From: the human T2T-CHM13v2.0 reference genome, Homo sapiens | Length of the DNA stretch: 64,000 nucleotides | Assembly: GCF_009914755.1 (NCBI RefSeq) | Contig: NC_060934.1 | Strand: one strand, 5' to 3' | In this document: piece by piece, positions 39,291-52,282 of the stretch | Numbering within the stretch: position 1 is the first letter of the stretch | Layout of the letters: every line of letters starts with the position of its first letter | Translations under genes and position numbers: made by a program | The notes under the pieces: generated by a model | Database searches by the model: none | What the model was told of the DNA's origin: nothing | What the model saw: the letters and a program-made list of their open reading frames with translations, nothing else

Positions 39291-39903
39291 ACTACCACCA
39301 TAGCCTGGTAGTCATTTTCTTACTTTCAGGTGAAAATTATTTCCACTTAACCACAAATATTATTTTTAGGCTTGAATTTTTCTATGCAACTACAGTAGTG
39401 CAGTTGATAAACAAAAAAGAAAGTGCAACTCTCCTATTGATCTCCACCACATTCTATGTACAAAATTGACTTTATAATTGATACTAATTACTTCAACTGC
39501 TGCATCTCAGGGTCTACCTAAATATTACAGTCAATTCAGTTACTAATTCTGCTTCTGATGTGTAAGTAGAAAAACTTAAGTGTAAAATAATAAATTACAT
39601 GTGTAGAAACTTTCAATATTGGCTCAGATTTTTACTCAATATTGTATGATTTGAATATGTTTTGACACTGTTATTCTAATGGACTGATGGACTTTAGTAC
39701 CCGTCAGTTATATATCTCACTACAATCAGTGACTTTCTTTTATCAAATTGAGAATCAATGACAGAAGAGAGAATTCTAACAGATGAGTTCTGCTTGATTT
39801 TCCTAACTGCCTAACTGCAAGCCATGGCAAATTTGAACTGGTATCTTTGCTACACAAGAACAATTTTTAATGTGAAATTTCCAGTCAAGAATGAATTTAG
39901 GCA

Positions 39904-41987
39904 GGCTTGGTGTCATGTAAGAAGTCCCTTTGCTCTTCCTTTGTCTTCTGCCATGACTGTGAGGTGTCCCTAGCCATGTAGAACTCGGTGAGTCAATTAA
40001 ACCTCTTTCCTTCATATATTACCCAGTCTCGGGTATGTCTTTATTAGTAGCATGAGAACAGACTAATATAGTAAATTGGTACCAGTAGAGTGGGGTACTA
40101 CTGTAAAGGTACTTGAAAATTTGGAAGCAACTTTGGAACTGGGTAACAGGCAGAGATTGGAAGAGTTTGGAGGACTCAGAAGAAGATAGGAAGTTGTGGG
40201 GAAATTTGGAAATTCCTAGAGACTTGTTGAATGACTGACCAAAATGTGATATGGACGGACAATAAAGTCCAGGCTGAGGTGGTCTCAGATGGAGATGAGT
40301 AACTCGTTGGGAATTATAGCCAAGGTGACTCTTGCTTTGTTTTAACAAAGAGACTGGTGGCAATTTGCCTCTGCCCTAGAAATTTGTGGAATTTTGAACT
40401 TGAGAGAGATGATTTAGGGCATCTGAAGGAAGAAATTTCTAGGCAGCAAAGCATTCAAGAAGTGACTTGGGTACTGTTAAAAGCATTCTGTTTTATGTAT
40501 TCACAAAGATATGATTTGGAATTGGAATTTATGTTTAAAAGGGAAGCAGAGCATAAAGTTCAGAAAATTTGCAGCCTGACCCTGCAATAGAAAAGAAAAA
40601 CCTATTTTCTGAGGAGAAATTCAAGTGGGCTGCATAAATTTGCAAAACAAGGAGCCAAATGTTAATCACCAAGACAATGGGGAAAATGTCTTCAGGGTGT
40701 GAGATGTCTTCATGCAACCCCCTCCCATCAGAGGCCAGGAAAAATGGTTTTGTGGCCTGTGCCCAGGGCCTTGCTGCCTTGTGCAGTCTCAGAATTTGGT
40801 GCCCTGTGTCCCAGTCATGGCTAAAAGGGGCAAATGTAGAGCTCAAGCCATTGCTTCAGAGGGTGCAAGCCCCAAGCCTTGGCAGCTTCCAAGTGGTGTT
40901 GAGCCTGTGGCAGCACAAGAGTCAAGAACTGAGATTTAGGGATCTCCACCTAGATTTCAGAGGATGTATGGAAATGTCTGGATATCCAGGCAAAGTTTGC
41001 TACAGGGACAGAGCCCTCATGGAGAACATCTGCTAGGGCAGTGTGGAAGGGAAATGTGGGATGGAAGCCCCCATACAGAGTCCCCACTGGGACACTGGCT
41101 AGGGGAGCTGTGAGAAGAGGGGCACCATCCTCCAGACCCTGGAATAGTAGATCCACCAACAGCTTGCACCATGCAACTGTAAAAGCTACAGACACTCAAT
41201 GCCAGCCCATGAAAGCAACCAGGAGTGAGTCTGTACCCTGCAAAGCCCCAGAGGTAGAGCTGCCCAAGACCATGGGAACCAACCCACCTCTTTTATCGGC
41301 ATGACCTGGATGTGAGACAGAGAGTCAAAGATCAATTTGCAGATTTAAGATTTGACCATCCTGGTTGATTTTGTACTTGGATGGGGCCTGTAGCCCCTTC
41401 ATTTTGGACAATTTATCTCATTTGGAATGGGTGTATTTACCCATTGCCTGTACCCCCATTGTATTTTGGAAGTAGCTAACTTGCTTTGGATTTTACAGGC
41501 TCGTAGGCAGAAGGGACTTGCCTTGTCTCTCATGAGACTTTGGACTATAGACTTTGGACTATAGAGTTAATGCTGAAATGAGCTAAGACCTTGGAGGACT
41601 GTTGGAAGGCAAGATTGGTTTTGAAATGTGAGGACATGAGATTTGGGAGGGGCCATGGGTGAAATTATAAATTTTGGCTATGTCCCCACCCAAATCTCAT
41701 TTTGAATTGTAGTTCCCATAATTCCCATGTATTGTAGGAGAGACCTGGTTGGAGGTAATTGAATCAGGGGGATGGGTCTTTCCTGTACTTTTCTCATGGT
41801 AGGGACTAAGTCTCACTAGATCTGATGGTTTTATAATTGAAAGTTCCCCTGCACAAGCTGTCTGGCCTGCCACCATGGAAGCTGTGCTTTTGCTTCTCTT
41901 TTGCCTTCCACATGATTGTGAGGACTCTCTGGCCATGTGTAACAGTGAGTCCATTAAATCTCTTTCCTTTATAAGTTAAAAAAATAA
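39904..41987 (+). mobile_element. THE1(B/C) MaLR element with mRNA-like structure: R-U5 (39904-40070), internal (40071-41664), U3-R (41665-41977), polyA
   Basis: THE1-int start gtaaattggtaccagtagagtgggg; PPT gatttgggaggggccatgggtgaaa; 5' LTR lacks U3, 3' LTR lacks U5; ATTAAA at 41953-41958; 17-bp TSD at 39887-39903 and 41988-42004. Confidence 0.92.
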
Positions 41988-42220
41988 AAGAATGCATTTA
42001 AGCAAAATAGGGAATGCAGCAAGAGATGTTTTTCACAAAATATTACTAATTTTTTGTTGCTGCTATGGACAACAACTCTCTCAGATTAATTTGCACCTAA
42101 TTTTCCCCATCTACTTTTGGAAATTTTGCCACAGCTTGAAAAAATAATTTTTGTAGATAATATACAAACATCACTTTTAATTCATTACAGATTATATAAA
42201 CTTTGAGAAAGCTACTATAG

Positions 42221-42444
42221 CAGAGTTGTCCAATCTTTTGGCTTCCCTGGGCCACACTGGAAGAAGAATTGTCTTGGGCCATACATAAAATACCCTAACA
42301 CTAATGATAGTGGATGAGCTAAAAAAAAAAAACTTGCAAAACAACTTCATAATGTTTTAAGAAAATTTGTGAATTCCTGTTAGTCCACATTCAAAGATAT
42401 CCTGGTTTGCATGTGGCTCGCAGGTCACAGGTTGGACAAGCTTG
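42221..42444 (+). mobile_element. MER30 hAT-Charlie element
   Basis: CAGAGTTGTCCAATCTTTTGGCTTCCCTGGGCCACA...GGTTGGACAAGCTTG; both flanks contain ctatag. Confidence 0.9.
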
Positions 42445-45072
42445 TCTATAGTATATTTATTTAGTAAAGGAAGAGCCAATAAAATCAATGATTTTTAGAG
42501 TTGTATGTAAACATCTAATGCTAACTATAATTAGAGGGATACTTTTCCAGAGCTAGAATGAAGAATTTTAATAATTTGTAACCAACCAATCAACAAATAG
42601 TTAATAAATAAATATATAAAGCTTTTCTTAATTATCTGGGTATTTACGGAATAAATCATTTTCACTTGCTGAAGTTCTTAACAAATTACTTCTGGTTTTC
42701 ATTCTACTCCACAGATACAGTAGAACAATTTTGTTTAAAAAGCTCCTATAAGTAAAATATATGGAAAATGACATTGAAAGATTGAGTCAAGAATTGCATT
42801 TTTGTTCTGGTCACCAGTAACAAAACACATAAGTCTTTCTACTGGCAAATTCTTTGAAAAATTACTGGGTTGTTGCCAATATGTGTTTTTACTTTTAATT
42901 CTCAATAACAGAGAAAAAAATACTTATCCCCCTCACTTTCTCTGCCAAGTTGTCCAGTTGATACAGAAAAAAATTTCTTCTTTAGCCTGCAAAGAAATAG
43001 CCCTGCCCCCATATTGAATAATGTAACCTAGAATGCAAAGTAGAAAGTGCTATGAAAGTGTCAAGGTTTTGCAAGCAAAGATGTGGAAAAACATACTCCC
43101 TACCATAATAGCACATGAAGTTTGATGTCTAAACACTATTCTATTTTGAGAGAGAAACAAATCAAGCCACTTTTGTATTAGCCATTCTGCACCTAAAAAT
43201 GAAAACTATGTAATGTTTTCATTAACCTTTCATTTTTATAGAAGGAAAAATCCATGATACATTTATTCAGCCAACTGAAAGGCAATTTCAAGCAATTTAA
43301 GTTGATATTTCATTTTCATAGCTTTTTTTTGTATCCCACAAGTTCTAATAAAAATATGGTTCACCTAAATATAAACATCAGATTGTGGTGGTAACTTTTC
43401 AAAGACATTAGGTGGTTTCCTCCTTATAAATGGATAATTATCTGTCTAAAGATACTTATTTCTTAAAATTATAAGGCAGCATTAATGTCAGTAGGTTACT
43501 GACATGTCCAGAAAGCTGAAAATGTGAGGGCTTCTGTTTTTAAACACTCTAGAGTATTAACCTGAGTGTTACAACCATTTTTAGTTCAGTTTTATGCCTA
43601 TGAGAAGCCACTGACATAGACACAATTTTCATCATCTTGGTTTACTGGTTTTATTACTGGTCCTGTCCAAACAAATGGAGTGGTGTCATTCTGTCAATTG
43701 TCATCCAGCCAGTAATAATTTCATTACAGATGAGTTTTTTATGAACATGTCTAAGTAAGAGCTCTTTTATTTTTCCAAGGAATATCTCATGAACATCTTG
43801 TTATGTCCTTTTTCTGTTTTCAAATTGGGAAATTCAAACTCCATGCACTTAAGCTGTTCCATTGCAAAATATTGTCTTTATGTAAATAATATTTTTAAAC
43901 AAAAAAGTACATTCCCATGAAAATTCAAGCAATCAATGGTTGTAGGTTTCAAAATGAGAAATGCCAGTTTTCAGCCCACCCTTCCACACCGGCCACCTCA
44001 AGTTCAGAAGCAAATGTTTGCAAGTATGCATATTTTTATTTCTCATTGTGAGTTTTCAACACTAATATGCTATTTTTCTCTTTCAACAATTAACTCTTGT
44101 TCTAAAATATGAAGATTTGGCTCATTATACTTCATTTTACTTACTTTTTCCCTCAATTTCTGAGAGATACTGATATTTTCAGTTCCTCCATTGCTAACAT
44201 TGATAAACCGAAATAATAGATTAATGATTACATTTATTTTCCAAAAACTATGATATATTTATTTAAGATAACAGTCTCTCTATACTTTTCAGTAACTGCT
44301 CCTCCACACTTTGATCTCTTAATTTGTAAATAAACCTCTCTTTTTATGTTTTCAAGAATGATGCACACATTTTCTTTCATAAGCATGACTATGTATACTT
44401 TCCTTTGACTGATTCTAACACTTAAAAATCAACAAACAAAAGCTGCATTAATATGACTACATAAATATTAATCATTAGAACTGAAAGGTTCCTAGGATTG
44501 TGTTTCCTTTTCTCAGAGTCTAATGTCATGAACCCAACAACAATGGAAAGAAAAGATTCCTTGGCTTAAAAGCAAATAGATTATCTTTTCTACATTCTAC
44601 TAGCTCAAATTCATGCCCTATTTGTTTTGATATACATTGACATCATTACTTTTCTGTGCATTTTTTCATCTCTTTCTAGTGGTCTTTATTTCTTCTTGTT
44701 GACAAAATGCGGGATGGTTTTCATCATATTTTCAAAGTTATTCTTCTCTTCAATCACAGTCATTTGGCAAAGAACTCCCTCTTTCTTTCCCTTCTCTTGA
44801 TCAACTAGGGATTATTTATTCTCCTGGCAGCTGCATAGTTGTAATTCTTTGAGTTCTGTTTATTCCACTTCTGAAGCAGGGCTATTAATTCCTGAAATTA
44901 GATTTTCTTTTCTTCCTACTTCACGAGCTTTCTGGAGCACTTTCTCAAATTTCTTCCTCAGAAAACATATATGGGTGATTAATTTTCTGATTCCTTATTT
45001 ATCCTTAATTTTATCTTTATACTTTATTGACAAATTTAGGTTTAATATTGTTTCCTTAAAGTACTGAAGACC

Positions 45073-45150
45073 TCACATGTACCCCATAAGTATATACACT
45101 TATAATGTACCCATAAAAATTGCATTTTTTACAATATAAAAAAATAAAAG
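45073..45150 (+). mobile_element. Short L1MA 3' terminus
   Basis: cacatgtaccccataagtatatacacttataatgtacccataaaaatt plus an A-rich tail. Confidence 0.65.
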
Positions 45151-45419
45151 TTAATGTAAAATTTTGAAGACAACTCTCATTGCATTCTAATTATCGTAGG
45201 TGAGGAATTCTATCCTTTTTTAATGTAATTTTTCCTTTATGAGTATTGTTTTTGTTCGTTAATCTTCATTATCTGAAAATCTTATAATGGATATAGATAA
45301 GATTTTTAGATTGACTGCATGTAAAAATCCATAACTTCTTTAGGTTTTATAAATATTATTCATAATGTTTCTGCCTTTTCTTACCTCCTATTTTGTTTGT
45401 TTCTTTGTTCTTTTCTTCT

Positions 45420-45714
45420 TTTTCTTTTTTTTTTTTGAGACGGAGTCTCGCTCTGTCACCCAGGCTGGAGTGCAGTGACATGATTTGGCTCAGTGCAAGC
45501 TCCTCCTCCCAGGTTCATGCATTCTCCTGCCTCAGCCTCCTGGGTAGCTGGGACTACAGGTGTCCACCACCACACCCGGCTGATTTTTGTATTTTTAGTA
45601 GAGACAGGGTTTCACTGTGTTAGCCAGGATGGTCTCGAACTCCTGACCTCATGATCCGCCCACCTTGGCCTCCCAAAGTGCTGGGATTATAGGCATGACC
45701 TGCCAGGCCTGGCC
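45420..45714 (-). mobile_element. AluY-like
   Basis: tgcaagctcc, ggactacagg, ttagccaggatgg; flanked by tcttttctt repeats. Confidence 0.9.
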
Positions 45715-46984
45715 TCTTTTCTTTTTTCTGGAAATGCTATTGTTATAATTTTAAGGTACTGAGGATTAATTATTTGTTACTTTGTTCTGTGTTCTGTGAA
45801 ATTTTTTAGACTTTGGCTTTCAATCCATCGCTTAATTTTTTTTATATGGAAATCTTTTTTTATTTTTCTTAACTATTTTATATGATATATATTTTTTCAT
45901 AGCTTACTATTTTTTTTATGGTTGTACCACTTTCTTTAATTTCTCCAGGGCTAAAAATTAGAGTTCTGTTTGGTTTTGTTTAATTTCTCCTGTGCTTTAA
46001 ATTTTGTGTTCTCCAGAACAGTTTGCTTTATTTTTTTTTTTAGTCTGTTGAGGTTTTCTTTTTCTTTTTCCTTTTTTTTTTTTTTTTTTTGCCTGTGTTT
46101 ATTAAATTGCTTTTATCTTCAAAAAGGTAAGTTTACCTAGGAAGTGTTGTTTATGATTTCTTTGTTGTGGTCTATCTATGTAGTTCCCTTTCTTGGAAGG
46201 CCTTTCTTCTAAATGAAATGGCTAAGTGACTCCCCTATCCACATGAGATGAGCTCCTTGGAAATGAGGCCTACTGTACTGGGGATAGGAAGCCAGCTGGA
46301 AGGATGTCCCCTATCATCTCAGGAACAACATACAGAGTACTTTACTTTGTGATGTCAACATCCACCATCTTTTAGTTTCCCCCAAGGCATTATTTTCATA
46401 TTTAATAGAATGTTTTATTGTAAGGTAAATTCCAGTATGCATGCAGAAAAGGGTATTGGAATAATGAGTTACTAGCACAGCTACTCTAGAGACAAATCTT
46501 CAGCTACTTCTGTTTTAAGCCACATTTCTATACTTATACCCTTGAAAAGAGCTGACTCCAAATCCGCATTATGTATGAAGTTCCGTGGGAAGATAACCTG
46601 TCATGAAACATCTTCATGCATGCTTTCAGTTCTCTTTCATCTATCAACATGCCTTCATAGACTTTTTGCTTTCTAGTAATCTCATTTATATATTTTACCC
46701 CCCCGGACCCCCTTTTATTTTTCTTATTGATACAAGTGTTATCACTTATTTACATTTTTAAACATTCCACTTAAATTGTGAGTATATATGGTCACCTCCA
46801 AATTAAAACAAAATCCTAAAGACCTATGTATATCCAATTTTCGTTAGTTAGCATGGACCCATTTCCTTGGATAAACAAAGCAAATTGACCTAACTATGAT
46901 AAGGCTAAGGATGCTCTCAGCATATGTAAATGGGCTATGAATCATGTGTTTGAGGTAGCACTGCAAGCTGAATTGACTGTCATA

Positions 46985-47115
46985 GCTCATTCATGTATTC
47001 ATTCACTCAACAAATATTTATGCCAGACACTACTATATGTGAGACAGTATTCAAAGTATCAAAGTTAGAGCAGAGAACAAAACATACACAAATTAAAGTG
47101 TAAGCTAATATTTTC
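46985..47115 (-). mobile_element. L2 3' end fragment
   Basis: cattcatgtattcattcactcaacaaatatttatgccagacactactatatgtgagacagt. Confidence 0.6.
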
Positions 47116-48337
47116 ATTTGAGTGACTTGGGATAACATACTTTAGATACCAAAATATTTTGAAATGGAATGTAGCAAAATTGAAAAGGGATTATATGACA
47201 TTCTTTCATCTATGCAAAGAGTGTATTTGGCAGGGAGGAATAAGTTATTAGGGCAGGTTTTATCTATATATCTATATTTTATAGCTATATCTTTTTTCTA
47301 AAGTGATGTTATTATATAATACATGTGAATTATGTAAGACGTCACATGAAATACAGCATTTAATGATGGACTTCCTTTTTGTCCCACTAGATGAAGTAAC
47401 TTTTTAAACATGTATGCAGCAAAGACCTTTAAAAAAAATGCAAGGTTTAGATAAACTCTAATAAGCTTTTCTCAAGGCAAGCTTTCATAAACTAATCCAG
47501 CCTCTCAGATCCTCCCTATAAAATGTACTAATATTCAGACTAATTTACTGTTCTACATTAGAGAGACAGTAAATATAACAAGTAAATAAAGGAGAGCTTG
47601 CCTTTGAAGTTAGATAGCCATGCGCACATATTCTCAATCTTCTATTTGCTAGCTATGGAAACTAAGGCAACTTCCATAACTTTTCTAAGCTTGGATTAAT
47701 TTATAAAATTAAATTTTAAAACTATTTAACTCAATGTTTGCAGAGACAATTCAATTATATAATGAAAGGCAAATCTAGATATATTCTAAATGCTCAATTA
47801 ATGTTATTCATCAGTATTTTTCTTTTATTATTAACATCTCTTCTACCAAATTTTTCTAAAGAATATACTTGTTTCAACAAACTCATTTTTCTGTCTGCAA
47901 AGAGTAATTATTCTTATCACCTAAAAACTCAATTTTAGCTTCCAACATTCTTTAGTTTATTAAAAAGAAAGATTTAATTTCAAAGCCTAATTCTGTTGAA
48001 TTCTATCACACATTGACAGATTTCCTATACTAGTCTGAATGTTCATAAATTGGATTTACTTATTTTGTCTCCTATTCAGCTACAAGGAAATATCCAGAAT
48101 TTCTTATTTACAAAGAATCGGGTTCATTCTAACTGGGGATATTTCATGGATTCAATGTGCTCATCAGCCAACATGCTCTTAAGTAAGCCAAATAAGGTGT
48201 TCTTAACTCCACATTGTAATTGAAACCTTTGGAATCCAGTTAAGATAAAAAAAAAAAAACCTCTTGTGTGGCAGAGGTAGAATGACAAAAACTCTGTGTC
48301 AGACAGCATAAGAAATAGCCAAAGCAAAGAGAACATG

Positions 48338-48655
48338 TGTCAGTGAGGATAGACTAGGCCATTTTGTGATAACATAAGCTCCCAAATCTTCTTGACTTAC
48401 GGTAACAAAGGCTGGCTTCTGGCACATGTGACAAGTCTGTAACAGATTGGCCATGACTCTACTTCACTATGAGACCCTAGCATTCAGCCCAGCTTTTAAG
48501 CATTAATGGTCATGATGGCATAAAGAAACAGAACATAGAAACACATATGGGCTCTTAAAGTTTCTACAAGATTGACAGCCTCTTGCCTCTTTCATTCATA
48601 ATTTATTGGTTCAAGCAAGGAACATAGTCAAGCCTAATGTCAATGGGGTAGTGAA
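48338..48655 (-). mobile_element. Old MLT1 (K/L-like) LTR fragment
   Basis: tgtcagtgaggatagactaggccattttgtgataac...atttattggttcaagcaaggaacatagtcaagcctaatgtcaatgggg. Confidence 0.55.
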
Positions 48656-50884
48656 TACATGTAAATGATCCTATCTACTACATTGAACATACTACCAATA
48701 ATATCATATGGATATATCACTCTTCATTATATATCTTGTATGTTCTATACACATTACTTCATTTCATCCTTATATTAATCCTGTGAAGACAAAGTATATG
48801 TCATTATCTCCATTTAATATGCTTAAAAGCTGAGTTAAAAAAATGTGGAGTCTGGGAAGATGACAGAGTAGAGAGCACTTGGAATCCATCTCCCCTCTAA
48901 AACAACAGTCGTACTGGAAGAATTCGATGTGACTATTTCGATAAACTTTTTAGTCAATTGGAAGCTTGCCACTTTGAGAGGAAGGCTTGGTTGGTAAATT
49001 GCAGTACTTTCAGTCAATTTCAGCTTTCAGCTCAGCAGCAGCTACCCATTCCTTACCCCAGTCCAAAGGCAGGCACATATTCCTGATGCAGCTTGCATGA
49101 AGATTGCAGAAACCAGGGTGGGTAATAAACACCCTGTCCTCCAATATCTGTATCTGTAGTCTGATAAATGATGGCATTTATAATCATGGAAGTACAGAAA
49201 CAAAAGAGAGTAGACACTGTTGCATACCCACATTATTGCAAGCCACTACCCATCCAATGGAAGTGGATTTCAGGGCATTTAAATGGCTAGTACCCTTCCC
49301 CGCTTTATTTTTCTCTTTTTCTCCTTTTGTGAAGCTCTACATTAAATACCACAATATTCAAAAGCAACAACATGCATTGAAGAAATTAGAAACTCACTGT
49401 GTGTGACCAGGGAAAGATGCAGGCTCAGAAAAAAAAAGAAGAACTAAGTTCACAACTCAGCCTGACCCTCAGCATGAAGACAGCCTACAAAAATTAAATC
49501 AAAACAAAAGCGTAAAACAGCAAACCCTGATAAAAAAGAAGAATGTGACTTCCATAGCTGCCACATTATTACATTCACATGTCAAGTTTTCAATAACAAC
49601 AAAATCACAATGAATAAAAAGAGATAGGGAAATATGGTTCTTTTAAAGGAAAAAAGTAAGCTAACATAACTGTCCCTGAGAAAGGCCAGATGGCAAATAT
49701 AGACAAAGACTTTAAAACAGTTATCTTAAAGATGCTCAAAGAGCTAAAAAAATGATGTGAAGAAAGTCAATAAAATGATGAATGAACAAAATGAAAGATC
49801 AATAAAAAGAAAAGCAACAATGAAATAAAAAAGAAATTTAGAGCTGAAAATTATAATTGCCAAAATAAAAAAATCCTTAGAGGTATTCAAAGAGAGTTGT
49901 AAACAGGCAGAAGAAAAACATCAATTAATTGAAGATAGGACAATTGAAATTATCTTTATGAGAAACAGAAAAGAGCAAACAGAACCTGAGGGATCTCCGG
50001 GACATCATCAAGTAGACCAACATACACAATGGAAATCTCAGAAGGAGAAGAAAGAAAGAGACAGAGGGAATATTTAAAGAAAATACAGTTGAAAACTTCT
50101 CAAATTTGATGAATGATATGAATATAAAATCCAAGAGGAGGCTCAACAAAACCCAAGTAGGATGTCCTAAAAAATAGTCACACTGAGACACATTATAATC
50201 AAACAGTCAAAAGCCAAAGAAAGAATTGTAAAAGAACAAGAGAGAAATGACTTGTCACATACAAGAGATTCTAAGTAAGACTGACATCAGATTCCTCATC
50301 AAAAACTTCGGAGGCCAGAAGGGAGTGGGCTAAAATATTCAAAGTGCTAAAAGGAAAAACAGAAACAAAAAAATTGTCAACCAAGAATCTTGTAACCACC
50401 AAAACTCTTTTAAAAATACATACAAAAAAATAAGATATTCCCAGACAAAGCTGAGGGTCTATTTTGTTTCCACTAGACCTTCCTTGCAAGAAATCTTGAG
50501 TCATGTAGTATCTTGAGTCATGTAGAAAACATAAAGTTATGTACCATTCTTACAATAATACCGACTCAATTTTACAAATACCTATCTATGTATTTGTAAA
50601 ATTTGTAAAATTTGTAAAAGATATTACTTTTACTAATATCTTTAATTCTTCATGTAGCTTCAAGTTCTATCTAGTGTCCTGTCATTTCAAACTCTATAAT
50701 TTCTTGCATTTAAAATATCAATGCATTTAAAAACAATATTACTTTATGTTTTTTATAAACAGAATAACAGAGATGTAATTTTGTGATAGCAATAACTGAA
50801 AGGAGTGGCAACATAGCTTTAAATGAGCTGAGTTGTTGTATGTAATTGTAGTTAAGTTGGTATAAATACAAATTAAAGTGTTGG

Positions 50885-51178
50885 GGCTGGGCGCGATGGC
50901 TCACACCTGTAATCCCAGCACTTTGGGAGGCCGAGGCAGGCATATCACAAGGTCAGGAGATTGAGACCATCCATCTAACACAGTGAAACCCTGTCTCTAC
51001 TAAAAATACAAAAAATTAGCTGGATGTTGTGGAGGGCACCTGTAGTCCCAGCTACTCAGGAGGCTGAGGCAGAAGAATGGCATGATCCCGGGAGGTGGAG
51101 CTTGCAGTGAGCCAAGATAGCACCACTGCACTCCAGCCTGGGCAACAGAGCAAGACTCCATCTCAAAAAAAAAAAAAT
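50885..51178 (+). mobile_element. AluY
   Basis: agaatggcatgatcccgggaggtggagcttgcagtgagcc; polyA; TSD remnant taaagtgtt/taaagcatt. Confidence 0.92.
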
Positions 51179-51417
51179 AAAGCATTATAACTTTACAATA
51201 TTATATGCAATATCCATGGCAATCACAAAAACATATTTACAGAATATACAAAAAATAAATTAAGAAAGGAATTAAAATATTTCACTATAAAAAATTAACT
51301 AAGTATGCAAAAGACAGAAATGCAAAAAATGAGGGAAAAGAAAAAGCTGTAAGACACATAGAAAACAAATAGCAAAATGACAGACATCTTTTTTTTGACA
51401 TTGTAAGTAAGTCACTT

Positions 51418-51815
51418 TAATTTTTTAATTTTTACTTGACATGCAAGAATTGTACATAATTATGTGGTCCAGAGTAATATGTGTATACATGTGTACAACA
51501 TGTAATGACAATTAACTTATTACCTGGAACATTTATCATTTTGTGTTACAAATATTAAAAATCCTCTCTTCTAACTTCTTAAACATATACACTAAATTAT
51601 TGTCAGCTATGTTTACCCTATGGTGCTACAGAACACTAAAATTTATTCCTGCCAACTAGCTACAAATTTGTAGCCATTAACTAACCTCTCCCTATCATCC
51701 CCTCCCTCCACCATTTCCAGTCTCTAATAACCACAATTATACTTTCTACTTCTATGAGCTCAATTTATCTTTTTATCTCCCATATATAAGTGAGAACATG
51801 TAGTACTTGTTTCTG
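51418..51815 (-). mobile_element. L1MA 3' end
   Basis: aaaatcctctcttctaact...tttctacttctatgagctcaa...cccatatataagtgagaacatg. Confidence 0.8.
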
Positions 51816-51874
51816 TTCTGCATGAAGTTCTTCTTTTCCAGTAATTTCTTTAAATGTAAATGGATTAAATTATC

Positions 51875-52282
51875 TGATATGGTTTGAATATTTGTCCCCT
51901 CCAAATCTCATGCTGAGATGTGATACCCAGTGTTGGACATGGGGCTTCATGGGAGGTGTTTGGGTCATGGACGTGTATCCCTCATGCATGGGTTGATGCC
52001 CTCCCTTCAGTAGTGAGTGTGATCTCCCTCTATTAGTTCACACAATATTTGGTTGTTTAAAAGAGCATGACACCTCTTTTGCCTCTCTCCTGCTCACTCC
52101 CATGCCAGCTCCCCTTGCCTCTAGCTATGAATAAAAGCCTCATCGGGCCTCACCAGAAACCAAGCAGAAGTTGGTGCCATGCTTCTTGTAAAGCCTACAG
52201 AACTAAGAGTCAAATAAAACTATTTCCTTTGTAAAATACTCAAGCTTACCTATTCCTTTACAGAAATGCAAAAACTAATACA
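51875..52282 (+). mobile_element. MSTB-type MaLR solo LTR
   Basis: TGATATGGTTTGAATATTTGTCCCCTCCAAATCTCATG...aataaa...AAACTAATACA. Confidence 0.85.

Noticed and set aside
40019-41304. Cluster of 77-125-aa ORFs
   Set aside because: All lie within THE1-int; broken remnants or chance frames in GC-richer repeat DNA.
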